Translations under genes and position numbers: made by a program
Shown here: positions 37,973-49,933 of the stretch, piece by piece
How the letters are laid out: every line of letters begins with the position of its first letter
Numbering within the stretch: the stretch's first letter is position 1
Notes under the pieces: model-generated
What the model saw: only the letters and a program-made list of their open reading frames with translations
Database searches by the model: none
Told to the model about the DNA's origin: nothing
Source of the DNA: Myxococcota bacterium
Lineage (GTDB): Bacteria > Myxococcota_A > UBA9160 > UBA4427
DNA length: 64,000 bases
Reading direction: 5' to 3'
NCBI GenBank assembly: GCA_965250285.1
Contig: OZ252299.1
Coordinates: 6,016,001 to 6,080,000 of the forward strand

Positions 37973-39148
37973 CTAGGGCGTCGCCCCGATCGGTCCCAGG
38001 ATCGAGTCCGCCAGCTTCTTGCGGTGGTGCGCACCGTCGCCGTAGAGCGCCTGGTCGTGCATCGAGCGCTTGAAGAAGATGTGCACGTCGCACTCCCAGG
38101 TGAAGCCGATGCCGCCGTGCAGCTGCACCGAGCGGTCGCTCGCGTAGGCGCCGGCGTCGCTCGCCGCGCTCTTCGCCATGCGCGCTGCATCGAGGGCGTC
38201 ATCGTCGCCGACGTCGGCCGAGCAGGCGGCGTGGTAGACCAGCGATCGGGCGCGGTCGATGCCGCACATCACGTCGACCAGTGGATGCTTGACGGCCTGG
38301 AAGAACCCGAGCGGGTGATCGAACTGCTTTCGATCCTGGGCGTACTTGACCGTGGTCTGCAGCTGCCACTCGGCCGAGCCGCAGAGATCGGCGGCGACCG
38401 TCGTCAGCACGGCGGGCCAGGCGGCCTCGAAGGCGGCCGACCCGTCGCGGCTGACGACGTTGCCAGGCGGCACCGACACGCCGCTGAAGCGCACGGTCGC
38501 CTGGTCGCGGGTCAGGTCGTGGATCTGATCGCGCGATCGCTCGACGCCCTCGGCATCGGTGGGCACCACGCACAGGGCCAGCGATTCACCGAGCTTCGCC
38601 ACGACCAGCAGCTGGTCGCACTTGAACGCGTCCTGCACGAAGCGCGCTTCGCCGTCGAGCACGAGGCCTTCGCCCTCGGCGCGGGCCGTGACGAGCGTGT
38701 TCGCCGGATCCCAGCTGCCCGTGGTGTCGGCGAACGCGAGGCTCGCCGTCTGGCCATCGGCGATGCGCCCGAGCCAGGCGTCCGCGGCCTCACTGTCGAC
38801 CTCGCGCAGCACGAATGTGGCGTGCAGCGTGGGAAGCAGCGGCGAGGGCAGCGCGTGGCCGCCGACCTGCTCGACGAGGCCGCAGATGCCGGCGAGGTTG
38901 ATGCCCACGCCGCCCTTCGCCTCGGGGACCGCGAGGCCCGTCCAGCCGAGCTCGACGATCTGCTTCCACAGATCGGCGTCCCAGCGCGTCGGTTCACCGC
39001 GGTCGTACACGCTCTCGTGATCTTCGGCGACGAGCAGCCTCAGCTTCTCGACGGGCAGATGCTCGTCGAGGAACTGTCGGGCGACGTCGCGCAGCATCTC
39101 TTCGTCGGAGCCGAAGCCGAAATCCTTGGGGTGTTCGTGCTTGCCCAT
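37973..39148 (-). CDS. Acyl-CoA dehydrogenase family protein (probable partner subunit)
   Basis: RKQFDHPLGFFQAVKH, QLHGGIGFTWE. Confidence 0.9.
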   Translation of the reverse strand: MGKHEHPKDFGFGSDEEMLRDVARQFLDEHLPVEKLRLLVAEDHESVYDRGEPTRWDADLWKQIVELGWTGLAVPEAKGGVGINLAGICGLVEQVGGHALPSPLLPTLHATFVLREVDSEAADAWLGRIADGQTASLAFADTTGSWDPANTLVTARAEGEGLVLDGEARFVQDAFKCDQLLVVAKLGESLALCVVPTDAEGVERSRDQIHDLTRDQATVRFSGVSVPPGNVVSRDGSAAFEAAWPAVLTTVAADLCGSAEWQLQTTVKYAQDRKQFDHPLGFFQAVKHPLVDVMCGIDRARSLVYHAACSADVGDDDALDAARMAKSAASDAGAYASDRSVQLHGGIGFTWECDVHIFFKRSMHDQALYGDGAHHRKKLADSILGPIGATP

Positions 39149-39165
39149 CGTCTCTTCCTCCCCGC

Positions 39166-40368
<1,203 letters not shown>

Positions 40369-40463
40369 CGGCTTCTCCGCGACGTGGGGTGGTGTCGGCG
40401 CCGGTCACCCGGGGTCGACCGGCCGATCGAGCCTAGCCCGCGGCGGCCGGGCGGCGAGATCCG

Positions 40464-40492
40464 TTGACTAAACCGTCTGGACGGTATAGTTA
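40464..40492 (+). promoter_or_regulatory. Sigma70-like promoter overlapped by a palindromic TetR operator
   Basis: TTGACT (40464) and TATAGT (40485; 15-nt spacer) or TAGTTA (40487; 17-nt spacer); palindrome ACCGTC-TG-GACGGT at 40472-40485. Confidence 0.75.
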
Positions 40493-40498
40493 TCGCGG

Positions 40499-41056
40499 AT
40501 GCCCAGACCGCCGAAGGCCCGCGAAGCCATCCTCGACGCCGCACAGAGCCGCCTGCTCGAGCTCGGGCCCACCGGCCTCGTGCTCGAGACCGTCGCCGCC
40601 GAGGCCGGCGTCTCGAAGGGGGGCCTTCTCTATCACTTTCCGTCGAAGGAGGCGCTGGTCGCCGGCCTGACCGAGCGCATGCTCGCCGGCTTCGATGCGC
40701 TGCAGTCGGTGCTCCAGGCCGATGATCCCGATGAAGCCGGCGCCTGGACGCGGGCCTATGTGCGCAGCACGGTGACGCCCCAGGGCGAGCCGGCCGATGA
40801 CTCGGCGCGCCTCATGGCCGGGCTGCTGGCGGGCTTCGGCGGCGACCCGACGCGACTCGGCGAGGTGCAGGCGCGATTCCAGCAGTGGCAGGCCCGCATC
40901 GAGCAGGCCGACGGCGTCGACCCGACCAGCGCGACCATCGTGCGCCTCGCGGCCGATGGTCTGTGGCTCTCGGCCCTGCTCGGACTGCCGGGCATGGGTA
41001 AACCCCTCGCGAAGCAGGTCATGGCGCGGCTCGACGCCATGACGCGAGAGCGCTGA
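40499..41056 (+). CDS. TetR/AcrR family regulator
   Basis: ILDAA...LETVAAEAGVSKGGLLYHFPSKEAL; RLAADGLW. Confidence 0.95.
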   Translation: MPRPPKAREAILDAAQSRLLELGPTGLVLETVAAEAGVSKGGLLYHFPSKEALVAGLTERMLAGFDALQSVLQADDPDEAGAWTRAYVRSTVTPQGEPADDSARLMAGLLAGFGGDPTRLGEVQARFQQWQARIEQADGVDPTSATIVRLAADGLWLSALLGLPGMGKPLAKQVMARLDAMTRER

Positions 41057-41058
41057 GC

Positions 41059-41859
41059 GTGTCGCGCGACGAACGCGCGGCCGGTACGCCGCGGTCGCCC
41101 GACGTCCTCGACCATGAGATCGAAGCCCTCGAGGCCCGCTTGCGCGAGGGCATGCACGACCTCGCGCGCATGCGTCGGCTGGTGCGCCGGCATGCGCGAT
41201 CGGAGTGGGGCGACATCCGCGACGAGTGGGATGCGCTCGACGGCCGTGTGCGCACCGTCGCCATCGCGCTCGGCGTCGCGTTCTTCCTCGGCGCGTATCT
41301 CTTCTACATGAACCTCGGCTGGTATGCCGATCAGCGCGCGCTCCCCGAGAGCAGCGACTGGCTGCTCGACCGGCTGCCGGCCTGGAACGTCGTGCCGCTG
41401 CTCTCGTGGGGCTGGCTGGCTCTGCATGCCTGGGCGGTCGGGGTCGCCGTGCTCTACCACCCGCGGCGGATGCCGTTCCTGCTCGTGTTGCTCGGCGTCT
41501 ACCTCTTCGTGCGCACGCTCTACGTGTTCCTGTCGCCGATCGGCGCGCCGGCGCAGATCCTCGACATGCGCGAGCTCGATGGGCTCTTCGCGCTGGTCGT
41601 GGGCGAGTACACCTTTCAGAACGAGTTCATCTTCTCGGGGCACACCGCCGTGCCGTTTCTGTTCTTCCTGTTCTTCGACACGCGCTGGCAGAAGGGCGTG
41701 ATGCTCGTGGGGTCGCTCGTCATGGCCTTCGCCGTACTCGTGACCCGCAATCACTACGCCGTCGACGTGCTGAGCGCCTACCTCGTGGGCTACTCGGTCT
41801 ACGCGCTCTCGGGCTGGCTCTTTCGGGCGATTCGCCCCGACCCGGTCGCAGCCGTCTGA
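41059..41859 (+). CDS. PAP2-superfamily membrane protein, sphingomyelin/IPC-synthase-like
   Basis: Several TM helices; FSGHT and HYAVDV..AY catalytic motifs. Confidence 0.75.
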   Translation: MSRDERAAGTPRSPDVLDHEIEALEARLREGMHDLARMRRLVRRHARSEWGDIRDEWDALDGRVRTVAIALGVAFFLGAYLFYMNLGWYADQRALPESSDWLLDRLPAWNVVPLLSWGWLALHAWAVGVAVLYHPRRMPFLLVLLGVYLFVRTLYVFLSPIGAPAQILDMRELDGLFALVVGEYTFQNEFIFSGHTAVPFLFFLFFDTRWQKGVMLVGSLVMAFAVLVTRNHYAVDVLSAYLVGYSVYALSGWLFRAIRPDPVAAV

Positions 41860-41882
41860 GCGGGCCAGGCCGCCCAGACCGC

Positions 41883-42911
41883 CTACAGCTCGACCACCGT
41901 TCGGCCCATCGTCTCGCGGCGCTCGAGCGCTTCGAGGGCCGCGGGAAGTGCGTCGAAGGACACTACTTTTCCGACGACGGGTCGGATGCGACCGGCCTCG
42001 AGCTGCTGCACCAGCTCGGCGTGGATGGTCTCGCCGACTTCGCGGGGCACCAGGTTGAAGCCGGTCGCGCGCTTGATCGCCGGGGCCTGGCTCGAGTAGG
42101 CGAGCAGCACGCCGAGCAGCGCGAAATTGCCGAAGAGGACGGGGCGCGGCGTCACGCTCTGATCCTCGGCTTCGATGCCGCTCGAGAAGCCGATCATCAG
42201 GTGGCGACCGTTGCGCGCGATGCAGCGAAACGAGCGCTCGGCGACGTCGCCACCGACGGTGTCGAAGACGACGTCGACCCCGCGGCCGCCCGTCGCATCG
42301 AGCACGACCTCGGCGAAGTCGTCGGTTGCGTAGTCGATCGCGTGATCGGCGCCGAGCTTGCGACAGAACTCGACCTTCTCGGGGCGGCCGGCCGTGGCGA
42401 ACACCGTCGCCCCCGCCGCCTTCGCGACCTGCACCGCAGCCGAGCCGATGCCGCCCGCGGCCGCATGCACGAGCACCGTCTCGCCGGACTCGAGTCGACC
42501 CCGTTCGTGCAGTCCGAGCCATGCGAGGTGGAAGGGAAAGAAAAACGCCGCCGCCGCAGGGCCCGTCAGGCGCTCGGGCGCGTCGAACACGAGGTCGGTC
42601 GAGGCGAGCGCCTGATCCGCGAAGCCGCCCTGCGCGCCGTCGGGGCAGGCGAGCACCCGCCGCCCGAGCCAGGCTTCGGCGCCCGCGCCGGCGGCGTCGA
42701 CGACGCCGGTCACCTCCATCCCCGCGACGTAGGGCAGCGGCGGATCGACCGTGCGGTAGCGGCCGTAGCAGCCGTCGACGTCGTTCAGGTTGAGCACCGA
42801 GTGGGTGACGGCGACGCGCACCTGGCCGGGCCCGGGCGCGGGTGCGTCGACCTGGTCGAGCACCAGGGCTTCGGTCGGTCGGGCGTGCCGATGGACGCGC
42901 CAGGCCCTCAT
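41883..42911 (-). CDS. NADPH:quinone oxidoreductase (zinc-independent MDR)
   Basis: GMEVTGVV, LVHAAAGGIG, TGGRGVDVVFD.VGG. Confidence 0.92.
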   Translation of the reverse strand: MRAWRVHRHARPTEALVLDQVDAPAPGPGQVRVAVTHSVLNLNDVDGCYGRYRTVDPPLPYVAGMEVTGVVDAAGAGAEAWLGRRVLACPDGAQGGFADQALASTDLVFDAPERLTGPAAAAFFFPFHLAWLGLHERGRLESGETVLVHAAAGGIGSAAVQVAKAAGATVFATAGRPEKVEFCRKLGADHAIDYATDDFAEVVLDATGGRGVDVVFDTVGGDVAERSFRCIARNGRHLMIGFSSGIEAEDQSVTPRPVLFGNFALLGVLLAYSSQAPAIKRATGFNLVPREVGETIHAELVQQLEAGRIRPVVGKVVSFDALPAALEALERRETMGRTVVEL

Positions 42912-43266
42912 CCGCGTCGCCGATCGGCCGCGGCGCAGGCGCGCGCCCGAAGCAAGCGAGGTCGGCAGAGGCTCAGGCGATCACGGCGGCGCATCGATCA
43001 TGCTCCTGCGCGGAGGGACGGTGAGGCTCGAAGTCTCTCACGACCGACGCGATTCGGCCGCTCGTCGCGGCGCCGCGCACCTGTCCCCGGGGAATCGCGT
43101 CCGCCGCCGCCCATCCGGGCGCGGATCGGGAATGGCGGAGCGGCCTGGGATCGCTTACAAAGTGCCGGCCGCGAGAGCGCATCGAGGCCCCCCTCGAACC
43201 GCGCTCGCCCCCTGCGTGCCGGAAGGCACCCCGGCCGCGGAAACCGCAATCGAAACGCGCACTTGA

Positions 43267-44256
<990 letters not shown>

Positions 44257-44357
44257 AACCCGAACGTCTCGGTCGCTCGCCACTCACCGCGCCGGCTGCC
44301 TCCGGGCCGTCGGCGCGAAGAGTGCTCGGGCCCCGACATCGTGCATCGGAGAACCCC

Positions 44358-45527
44358 ATGAACGTCCACGAATATCAGGCCAAGGAGCTGCTGCGCACGT
44401 TCGACGTCGCGGTGCCCGACGGCCAGCTCGCCACGACGCCCGAAGAGGCCGAGAAGGCAGCGAAGTCGCTCGGCACGTCGGTCGTCGTCGTGAAGGCCCA
44501 GGTGCACGCCGGTGGCCGTGGCAAGGCCGGCGGCGTCAAGGTCGTGAAGAGCCCCGGTGACGCCAAGCAGGCGGCGAGCGAGATCCTCGGCATGACGCTG
44601 CACACGCCGCAGACCCCGCCCGAGGGCAAGCTCGTGCGCAAGGTCTACGTCGAGGCCGGCAGCGACATCGACCGCGAGCTCTACCTCGCGCTGCTCTTCG
44701 ATCGCGGTGCCGAGCAGTACGCGCTCGTCGCCAGCACCGAGGGCGGCATGGAGATCGAGGAGGTCGCCGCCGCGACCCCCGAGAAGATCCTCACGACGCT
44801 CATCGACCCGAACGTCGGCCTGAAGGATCACCAGGCCCGCACGCTGGGCTTCGATCTCGGCCTGTCGTTCGACGAGGTCAAGAACTTCGTGCCCTTCGTG
44901 CGCGGTCTCTGGAACCTCTACCAGGCGAAGGATTGCAGCCAGGTCGAGATCAACCCGCTCGTCATCACGAAGCAGGGCGACGTGCTCGCGCTCGACGCGA
45001 AGCTCGGCTTCGACGACAACGCGCTCTACCGAAACAAGGACGTCGCCGAGCTGCGCGACCCCGAAGAGGAAGATCCCCGCGAGCGCGCGGCCAACGAGAT
45101 CGACCTCGCCTACGTGGGCCTCGACGGTGACATCGGCTGCATGGTGAATGGCGCGGGCCTCGCGATGGCGACCCTCGACATGATCCACCTCTGCGGCGGA
45201 ACGCCGGCCAACTTCCTCGACGCCGGCGGCGGCGCCGACAAGGAGAAGGTCAAGGAGGCGTTCAAGATCATCCTGAACGACGAGAACGTGAAGGCGATCC
45301 TCGTCAACATCTTCGGCGGCATCGTGCGCTGCGATCTGATCGCCGAGGGCGTGGTCGCCGCGGCCGACGATCTCGGCCTCGAGGTGCCGCTGGTCGTGCG
45401 CCTGCAGGGCAACATGGCCGAAGAGGGGCGGGCGATCCTCGCGAAGTCGAGCCTCGACATCACGCCCGTCGAAACGCTCAAGGAAGCGGGCGAGACCGTG
45501 GTCGCCGCCGCAAAGGGAGGCGCCTGA
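44358..45527 (+). CDS. sucC: Succinyl-CoA synthetase beta subunit
   Basis: [48 protein letters not shown]. Confidence 0.98.
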   Translation: MNVHEYQAKELLRTFDVAVPDGQLATTPEEAEKAAKSLGTSVVVVKAQVHAGGRGKAGGVKVVKSPGDAKQAASEILGMTLHTPQTPPEGKLVRKVYVEAGSDIDRELYLALLFDRGAEQYALVASTEGGMEIEEVAAATPEKILTTLIDPNVGLKDHQARTLGFDLGLSFDEVKNFVPFVRGLWNLYQAKDCSQVEINPLVITKQGDVLALDAKLGFDDNALYRNKDVAELRDPEEEDPRERAANEIDLAYVGLDGDIGCMVNGAGLAMATLDMIHLCGGTPANFLDAGGGADKEKVKEAFKIILNDENVKAILVNIFGGIVRCDLIAEGVVAAADDLGLEVPLVVRLQGNMAEEGRAILAKSSLDITPVETLKEAGETVVAAAKGGA

Positions 45528-45529
45528 TC

Positions 45530-46408
45530 ATGGCCATCCTCTGCAACAAGGATACGAAGCTGCTGATCCAGGGCATGGGTCGGATGGGCCAGTTCCACGC
45601 CAAGCTCTCGATCGAGTACGGCACCCAGGTCGTCGGTGGCATCGCCCCCGGCAAGGGCGGCACCGAGATCGACGGCATCCCGGTCTTCGACACGGTGCGT
45701 GAGGCCGTGGAGGCCACGGGCGCGAACGCGAGCTGCATCTTCGTGCCGCCGCCCGGCGCGGCCGACGCGATCCTCGAGGCCGCCGACGCGGGGCTCGAGC
45801 TCGGCGTGTGCATCACCGAGGGCATCCCGGTGACCGACATGGCCTCGGCGAAGAACGCGCTCGAGGGCTCGTCGTTTCGGCTGCTCGGTCCGAACTGCCC
45901 TGGCGTCGTGACGCCCGAGCAGTGCCGCATCGGCATCATGCCGGCGCAGATCACGAAGCCCGGCCCCGTCGGCGTCGTCTCGCGCTCGGGCACGCTGACC
46001 TACGAGGCCGTCGACCAGCTCTCGCGCCTGGGCATCGGTCAATCGACCTGCGTCGGCATCGGCGGTGACCCGGTGATCGGTACCAACTTCATCGACGCCC
46101 TCGAGCTCTTCGAGGCCGACCCCGAGACGAAGGCGGTCGTGATGATTGGTGAGATCGGTGGCTCGGCCGAGGAAGAGGCCGCCGAGTTCGTCCAGTCGAA
46201 CATGAGCAAGCCCGTGGCGGCGTTCATCGCCGGCCAGAACGCCCCGCCCGGCAAGCGCATGGGGCACGCGGGCGCGATCATCGCCGGCGGCAAGGGCAAG
46301 GCGAGCGACAAGATGGCGACGCTCGAGAAGTGCGGCGTCAAGGTCTCGCTCTCGCCGGCCACGATCGGCGAGACGCTGGTCGAAGTGGCGCCCGACCTCA
46401 AGCCCTAG
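45530..46408 (+). CDS. sucD: Succinyl-CoA synthetase alpha subunit
   Basis: [29 protein letters not shown]. Confidence 0.98.
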   Translation: MAILCNKDTKLLIQGMGRMGQFHAKLSIEYGTQVVGGIAPGKGGTEIDGIPVFDTVREAVEATGANASCIFVPPPGAADAILEAADAGLELGVCITEGIPVTDMASAKNALEGSSFRLLGPNCPGVVTPEQCRIGIMPAQITKPGPVGVVSRSGTLTYEAVDQLSRLGIGQSTCVGIGGDPVIGTNFIDALELFEADPETKAVVMIGEIGGSAEEEAAEFVQSNMSKPVAAFIAGQNAPPGKRMGHAGAIIAGGKGKASDKMATLEKCGVKVSLSPATIGETLVEVAPDLKP

Positions 46409-46429
46409 GCGGGGCTTTGGCTCGATTCG

Positions 46430-46470
46430 AGGCCCCCGGTCGCGCGCAGCGGCCGGGGGCCTTTGCGTTT
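46430..46470 (+). terminator. Rho-independent terminator after sucD
   Basis: AGGCCCCCGGTCG-loop-CGGCCGGGGGCCT followed by TTGCGTTT. Confidence 0.75.
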
Positions 46471-46555
46471 CGATCCGCGACGCGCGCTCGACTGATCGCG
46501 CGTTCGGGGTGACACTCGGGGGCAGGCCGGTCGTCACCGCCTAGAGGAGTCCATC

Positions 46556-47677
46556 TTGAGCCGCATCTCGATCACTGGAACCGGTCTCTTCACGCCCGCC
46601 GAGGGCATCACGAATGCCGAGCTCGTGGCGTCGCTCAGCGAGGCGGTCGAGCGCTGGAACGCCGATCACCGCGAGGCCATCGATCGGGGCGAGCTCGAAG
46701 AGCGCGATCTGCCGAGCGAGAAGTTCATCGTCAAGGCATCGGGCATCGGGCATCGCTTCGTGATGGACAAGGCCGGTGTGCTCGACCCTAAGCGGCTGCG
46801 CCCGCGATTGCCTCTGCGCGGCGAGGACGAGCTCTCGATCCAGGCCGAGATCTGTGTGGCCGCGGCGAACGAGGCGCTCGCCCAGGCCGGGCGCGAAGGC
46901 GCCGATGTCGACGCGGTGATCGTGGGTTGCTCGAACCTGCAGCGCGCCTATCCGGCCGTCGCGATCGAGGTGCAGGCGGCGCTCGGTGCCGGCGGTTTCG
47001 CCTACGACATGAACGTCGCCTGCAGCTCGGCGACGTTCGCGATCCAGAACGGGGTCGACGCGATCCGCAGCGGCAGCGCTCGGCGTGTGCTCGTGCTGTG
47101 CCCCGAGATCACGTCGGGCCACAACAACTTCGAGCTGCGCGAGTTCCACTTCATCTTCGGCGACGCGTGTACGGCCGTGCTGCTCGAGTCGGAAGAGGCA
47201 GCGGGCGAGGGTGAGGCTTGGGAGGTGCTCGGCACGCGCCTCGCGACGAAGTTCTCGAACAACATTCGCAACGACGCGGGCTTCCTGAACCGCAGCGAGG
47301 ACGGGGCGCGCGATCCCCACGAGCTGGTCTTTCGACAGAACGGCCGCCGGGTCTTCAAGGACGTCTGCCCGATGGTCGCGGCCCACATTCGAAGTCACCT
47401 CGACGCGCTCGAGATCCCCGTCGACGACGTCAAGCGGCTCTGGCTGCATCAGGCCAATCTGGGCATGAACAAGCTGATCGCCAAGACGCTACTCGGTCGC
47501 GAGCCCGACCCCGAAGAGAGCCCCGTGATCCTCGACGAGTACGCGAACACCAGCTCGGCCGGGTCGGTGATCGCCTTTCACAAGCACCGGGATGGGCTCG
47601 TGGCAGGCGACCCCGCCGTGCTCTGCTCGTTCGGTGCCGGCTACTCGGTCGGCAGCATCGTCCTGCGCAAGCAGTAG
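46556..47677 (+). CDS. Beta-ketoacyl-ACP synthase III (FabH-like, long variant)
   Basis: VACSS (Cys), HQAN, ANTSSA, SFGAG; TTG start with GAGGAG SD. Confidence 0.92.
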   Translation: MSRISITGTGLFTPAEGITNAELVASLSEAVERWNADHREAIDRGELEERDLPSEKFIVKASGIGHRFVMDKAGVLDPKRLRPRLPLRGEDELSIQAEICVAAANEALAQAGREGADVDAVIVGCSNLQRAYPAVAIEVQAALGAGGFAYDMNVACSSATFAIQNGVDAIRSGSARRVLVLCPEITSGHNNFELREFHFIFGDACTAVLLESEEAAGEGEAWEVLGTRLATKFSNNIRNDAGFLNRSEDGARDPHELVFRQNGRRVFKDVCPMVAAHIRSHLDALEIPVDDVKRLWLHQANLGMNKLIAKTLLGREPDPEESPVILDEYANTSSAGSVIAFHKHRDGLVAGDPAVLCSFGAGYSVGSIVLRKQ

Positions 47678-47681
47678 CGGC

Positions 47682-48638
47682 TCAGTCGCTCGGTCGGGTG
47701 TAGACGCTCGACTCGGGGTGGAACGCCATCCACGCGAACCAGTACGTCTCGACGACGTCGATGGTCTCGGGCGCCTCGACGACGAAGGCGTTGCGCTCCT
47801 TCGAGAACGCGACGCGAACTTCGTGGCCCGCGAACGTGTCGACGATGGCCGAGTCGTCGTCTTCGAACAGGCGCACCGGGTAGGCCCGAGCCACGTCGCC
47901 GTCGGTCGTGCGGAGGCCGATCGTGCGGGCCTTCGGGTGCTCGCGGGCGTCGGTGGGCCCGTCGAACATCAGCTTGCGTGACCGCGCGTAGTTGCCGAAC
48001 GGGTTCCGCACGTAGTTGCGCCGATGGCCCGTACGCGGTGAGAGCACCAGCGTGTCCGGGTAGCGCGCACGCCAGGCGTCCCAGCGCTCGAAGCTCGAGC
48101 GCATCAGCTCGAGCCGCTCACCCGCGCGCGGACCGCTGATCGCGCGGCCCTCGATCTGCGTCCAGAGGCTGTCCGTTTCGCGATCGAACATGAGCAGGTC
48201 GGACCGGTACAGCAGGCCCGAGACCCCGAAGCGGGTGTCGCCCGGGCGCGCGAAGACCATCGCGCTGCCGCAGAGCGGGCAGTACGAAACGAGGATCGGT
48301 TGCCCACCGATCGTGTCGTTCACGAGCTCGTGCCACACGAGCACATCGAGGGGATACGCGCGGGCCTCGGTGCGCCCGTCGGCCCGCTTGCCGACGACGC
48401 CGATCACCATGCTCGACGCGGGCCAGGCCGCGCGATCGGCAGGCCCCATCTCGGGGGCATCGAGCGCAGGGATCCCGTCTCGCGGTGGCCCCCCGCGCTT
48501 CACCTCAGCTACGTCGATGAGCGCCCCACTCAGATCGAACCCGTTGAGCTCTTGCGCCCCGGCCCCGAGCGACACGAACAACAAGGCCAGAGCCACGGCG
48601 TCACGACCTCGGCGCCACAGACCGAACCCACCCGCCAA
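47682..48638 (-). CDS. DUF3179-family protein (start uncertain)
   Basis: GGPPRDGIPALD.P, WHELVND, YCPLCGS, FGVSGLLY.SDL.MFDRET.SLW.Q, YWFAW.AFHP. Confidence 0.88.
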   Translation of the reverse strand: MAGGFGLWRRGRDAVALALLFVSLGAGAQELNGFDLSGALIDVAEVKRGGPPRDGIPALDAPEMGPADRAAWPASSMVIGVVGKRADGRTEARAYPLDVLVWHELVNDTIGGQPILVSYCPLCGSAMVFARPGDTRFGVSGLLYRSDLLMFDRETDSLWTQIEGRAISGPRAGERLELMRSSFERWDAWRARYPDTLVLSPRTGHRRNYVRNPFGNYARSRKLMFDGPTDAREHPKARTIGLRTTDGDVARAYPVRLFEDDDSAIVDTFAGHEVRVAFSKERNAFVVEAPETIDVVETYWFAWMAFHPESSVYTRPSD

Positions 48639-48741
48639 GCCCCGCCCCTCTCTCTTCTTCAGATCCGCTCTGCGACACGGCGCCGCATCGCCCGAGCACG
48701 CGCACGAGCGCGCTCGCCGCGCGCGGACGCGACACACCGCT

Positions 48742-48872
48742 TCGGATTCTTCGTCGGATCGGCCGAATCGAAGGGCGGCGCGGATCCGCTCCCGCCCCCG
48801 AACCGAGCCAAGACGCAACGCCCACGCAAAACCGCCGCCCGTAGACTGAGGCCGAGCCGACGAAGAATCCGA
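48742..48872. repeat. 131-bp element bounded by 23-bp inverted repeats (REP/MITE-like)
   Basis: 48742-48764 versus reverse complement of 48850-48872: 22/23 identical; inner GGGCGGCG/CGCCGCCC also pair. Confidence 0.8.
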
Positions 48873-48902
48873 CCCGTGCACCCAACCCCGAACGGCCCCG
48901 CG

Positions 48903-49931
48903 TCAGCGCACCTCCCAGGTATCCCCTGAGTGGAGCAGCGCGGCCAGATCCCCCGGCCCCTGCTGCTCGATCGCGTCGTCGACCTGCTGCTGGAGCGTCG
49001 TCTCGTAGCAGGTCTCTTCGACGTCGCGGATGATGCCGACCGGCAGCGGGAAGTCGGGGGCGGTGAGCGAGGCGAGCGCGTACGCGTAGGCGCGTGACTG
49101 CTGGGTCTCGTCGTGGACGACGACGCCCTGCTCGACGGGGTCGACGCCGTCTTCGATCGTGACGATCGACGGAACGCCCTGGTCGACGCAGATCCCTCGC
49201 TGGGCACCGGGCGGGCCGAAGACCAGCGGCATCCCCTGCTCGAGCACGATCGCCGAGTCGGGGCGCGTCTTTCGATCTTCGAGCTTCGACCAGACCCCGT
49301 CGTTGAAGACCGGGCAGTTCTGCAGGATCTCGATGAAGGCGGTGCCCTTGTGCTCGTGCGCGCGGCGCAGCACCGATTGCATGTGGGGCGCGTCGACGTC
49401 GATCACGCGGGCGACGAACGTCGCACCGCAGGCCAGGGCGAACGAGACCGGATCGACCGGATGATCGATCGAGCCCTGGGGCGATGACTTCGTCTTGAGC
49501 CCTTCGTGCGAAGTCGGCGAGTACTGGCCCTTGGTCAGGCCGTAGATCTGGTTGTTGAAGAGCAGGATCTGCACGTCGAGGTTGCGGCGGATCGAATGCA
49601 TGAGGTGATTGCCGCCGATCGACAGACCGTCGCCATCGCCGGTGACGACCCACACCGAGAGATTCGGCTGGCTTGCCTTGATGCCCGTGGCGAAGGCCGG
49701 GGCGCGGCCGTGGATCGTATGGAAGCCGTAGGTGTTCATGTAGTACGGGAACCGCGACGAGCAGCCGATCCCCGAAACGAACACCACGTCCTCGCGCGGC
49801 ACACCCAGGTCGGGCATCACGCGCTGTACGTTGGCCAGGATCGAGTAGTCGCCACAGCCGGGGCACCAGCGGACGTCCTGATCCGACACGAAATCCTTGC
49901 GGTTGAGCTTGACCGGAGCGGCTGCCGCCAT
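48903..49931 (-). CDS. korB: 2-oxoacid:ferredoxin oxidoreductase beta subunit
   Basis: WCPGCGD, SGIGCSSR, HGRA, GDGD...IGGNH, YGLTKGQ.SPT. Confidence 0.93.
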   Translation of the reverse strand: MAAAAPVKLNRKDFVSDQDVRWCPGCGDYSILANVQRVMPDLGVPREDVVFVSGIGCSSRFPYYMNTYGFHTIHGRAPAFATGIKASQPNLSVWVVTGDGDGLSIGGNHLMHSIRRNLDVQILLFNNQIYGLTKGQYSPTSHEGLKTKSSPQGSIDHPVDPVSFALACGATFVARVIDVDAPHMQSVLRRAHEHKGTAFIEILQNCPVFNDGVWSKLEDRKTRPDSAIVLEQGMPLVFGPPGAQRGICVDQGVPSIVTIEDGVDPVEQGVVVHDETQQSRAYAYALASLTAPDFPLPVGIIRDVEETCYETTLQQQVDDAIEQQGPGDLAALLHSGDTWEVR

Positions 49932-49933
49932 CG

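Noticed and set aside
47682..48638. Selenoprotein recoding in the DUF3179 gene
   Set aside because: Motif is CPLC with ordinary Cys codons; no in-frame TGA
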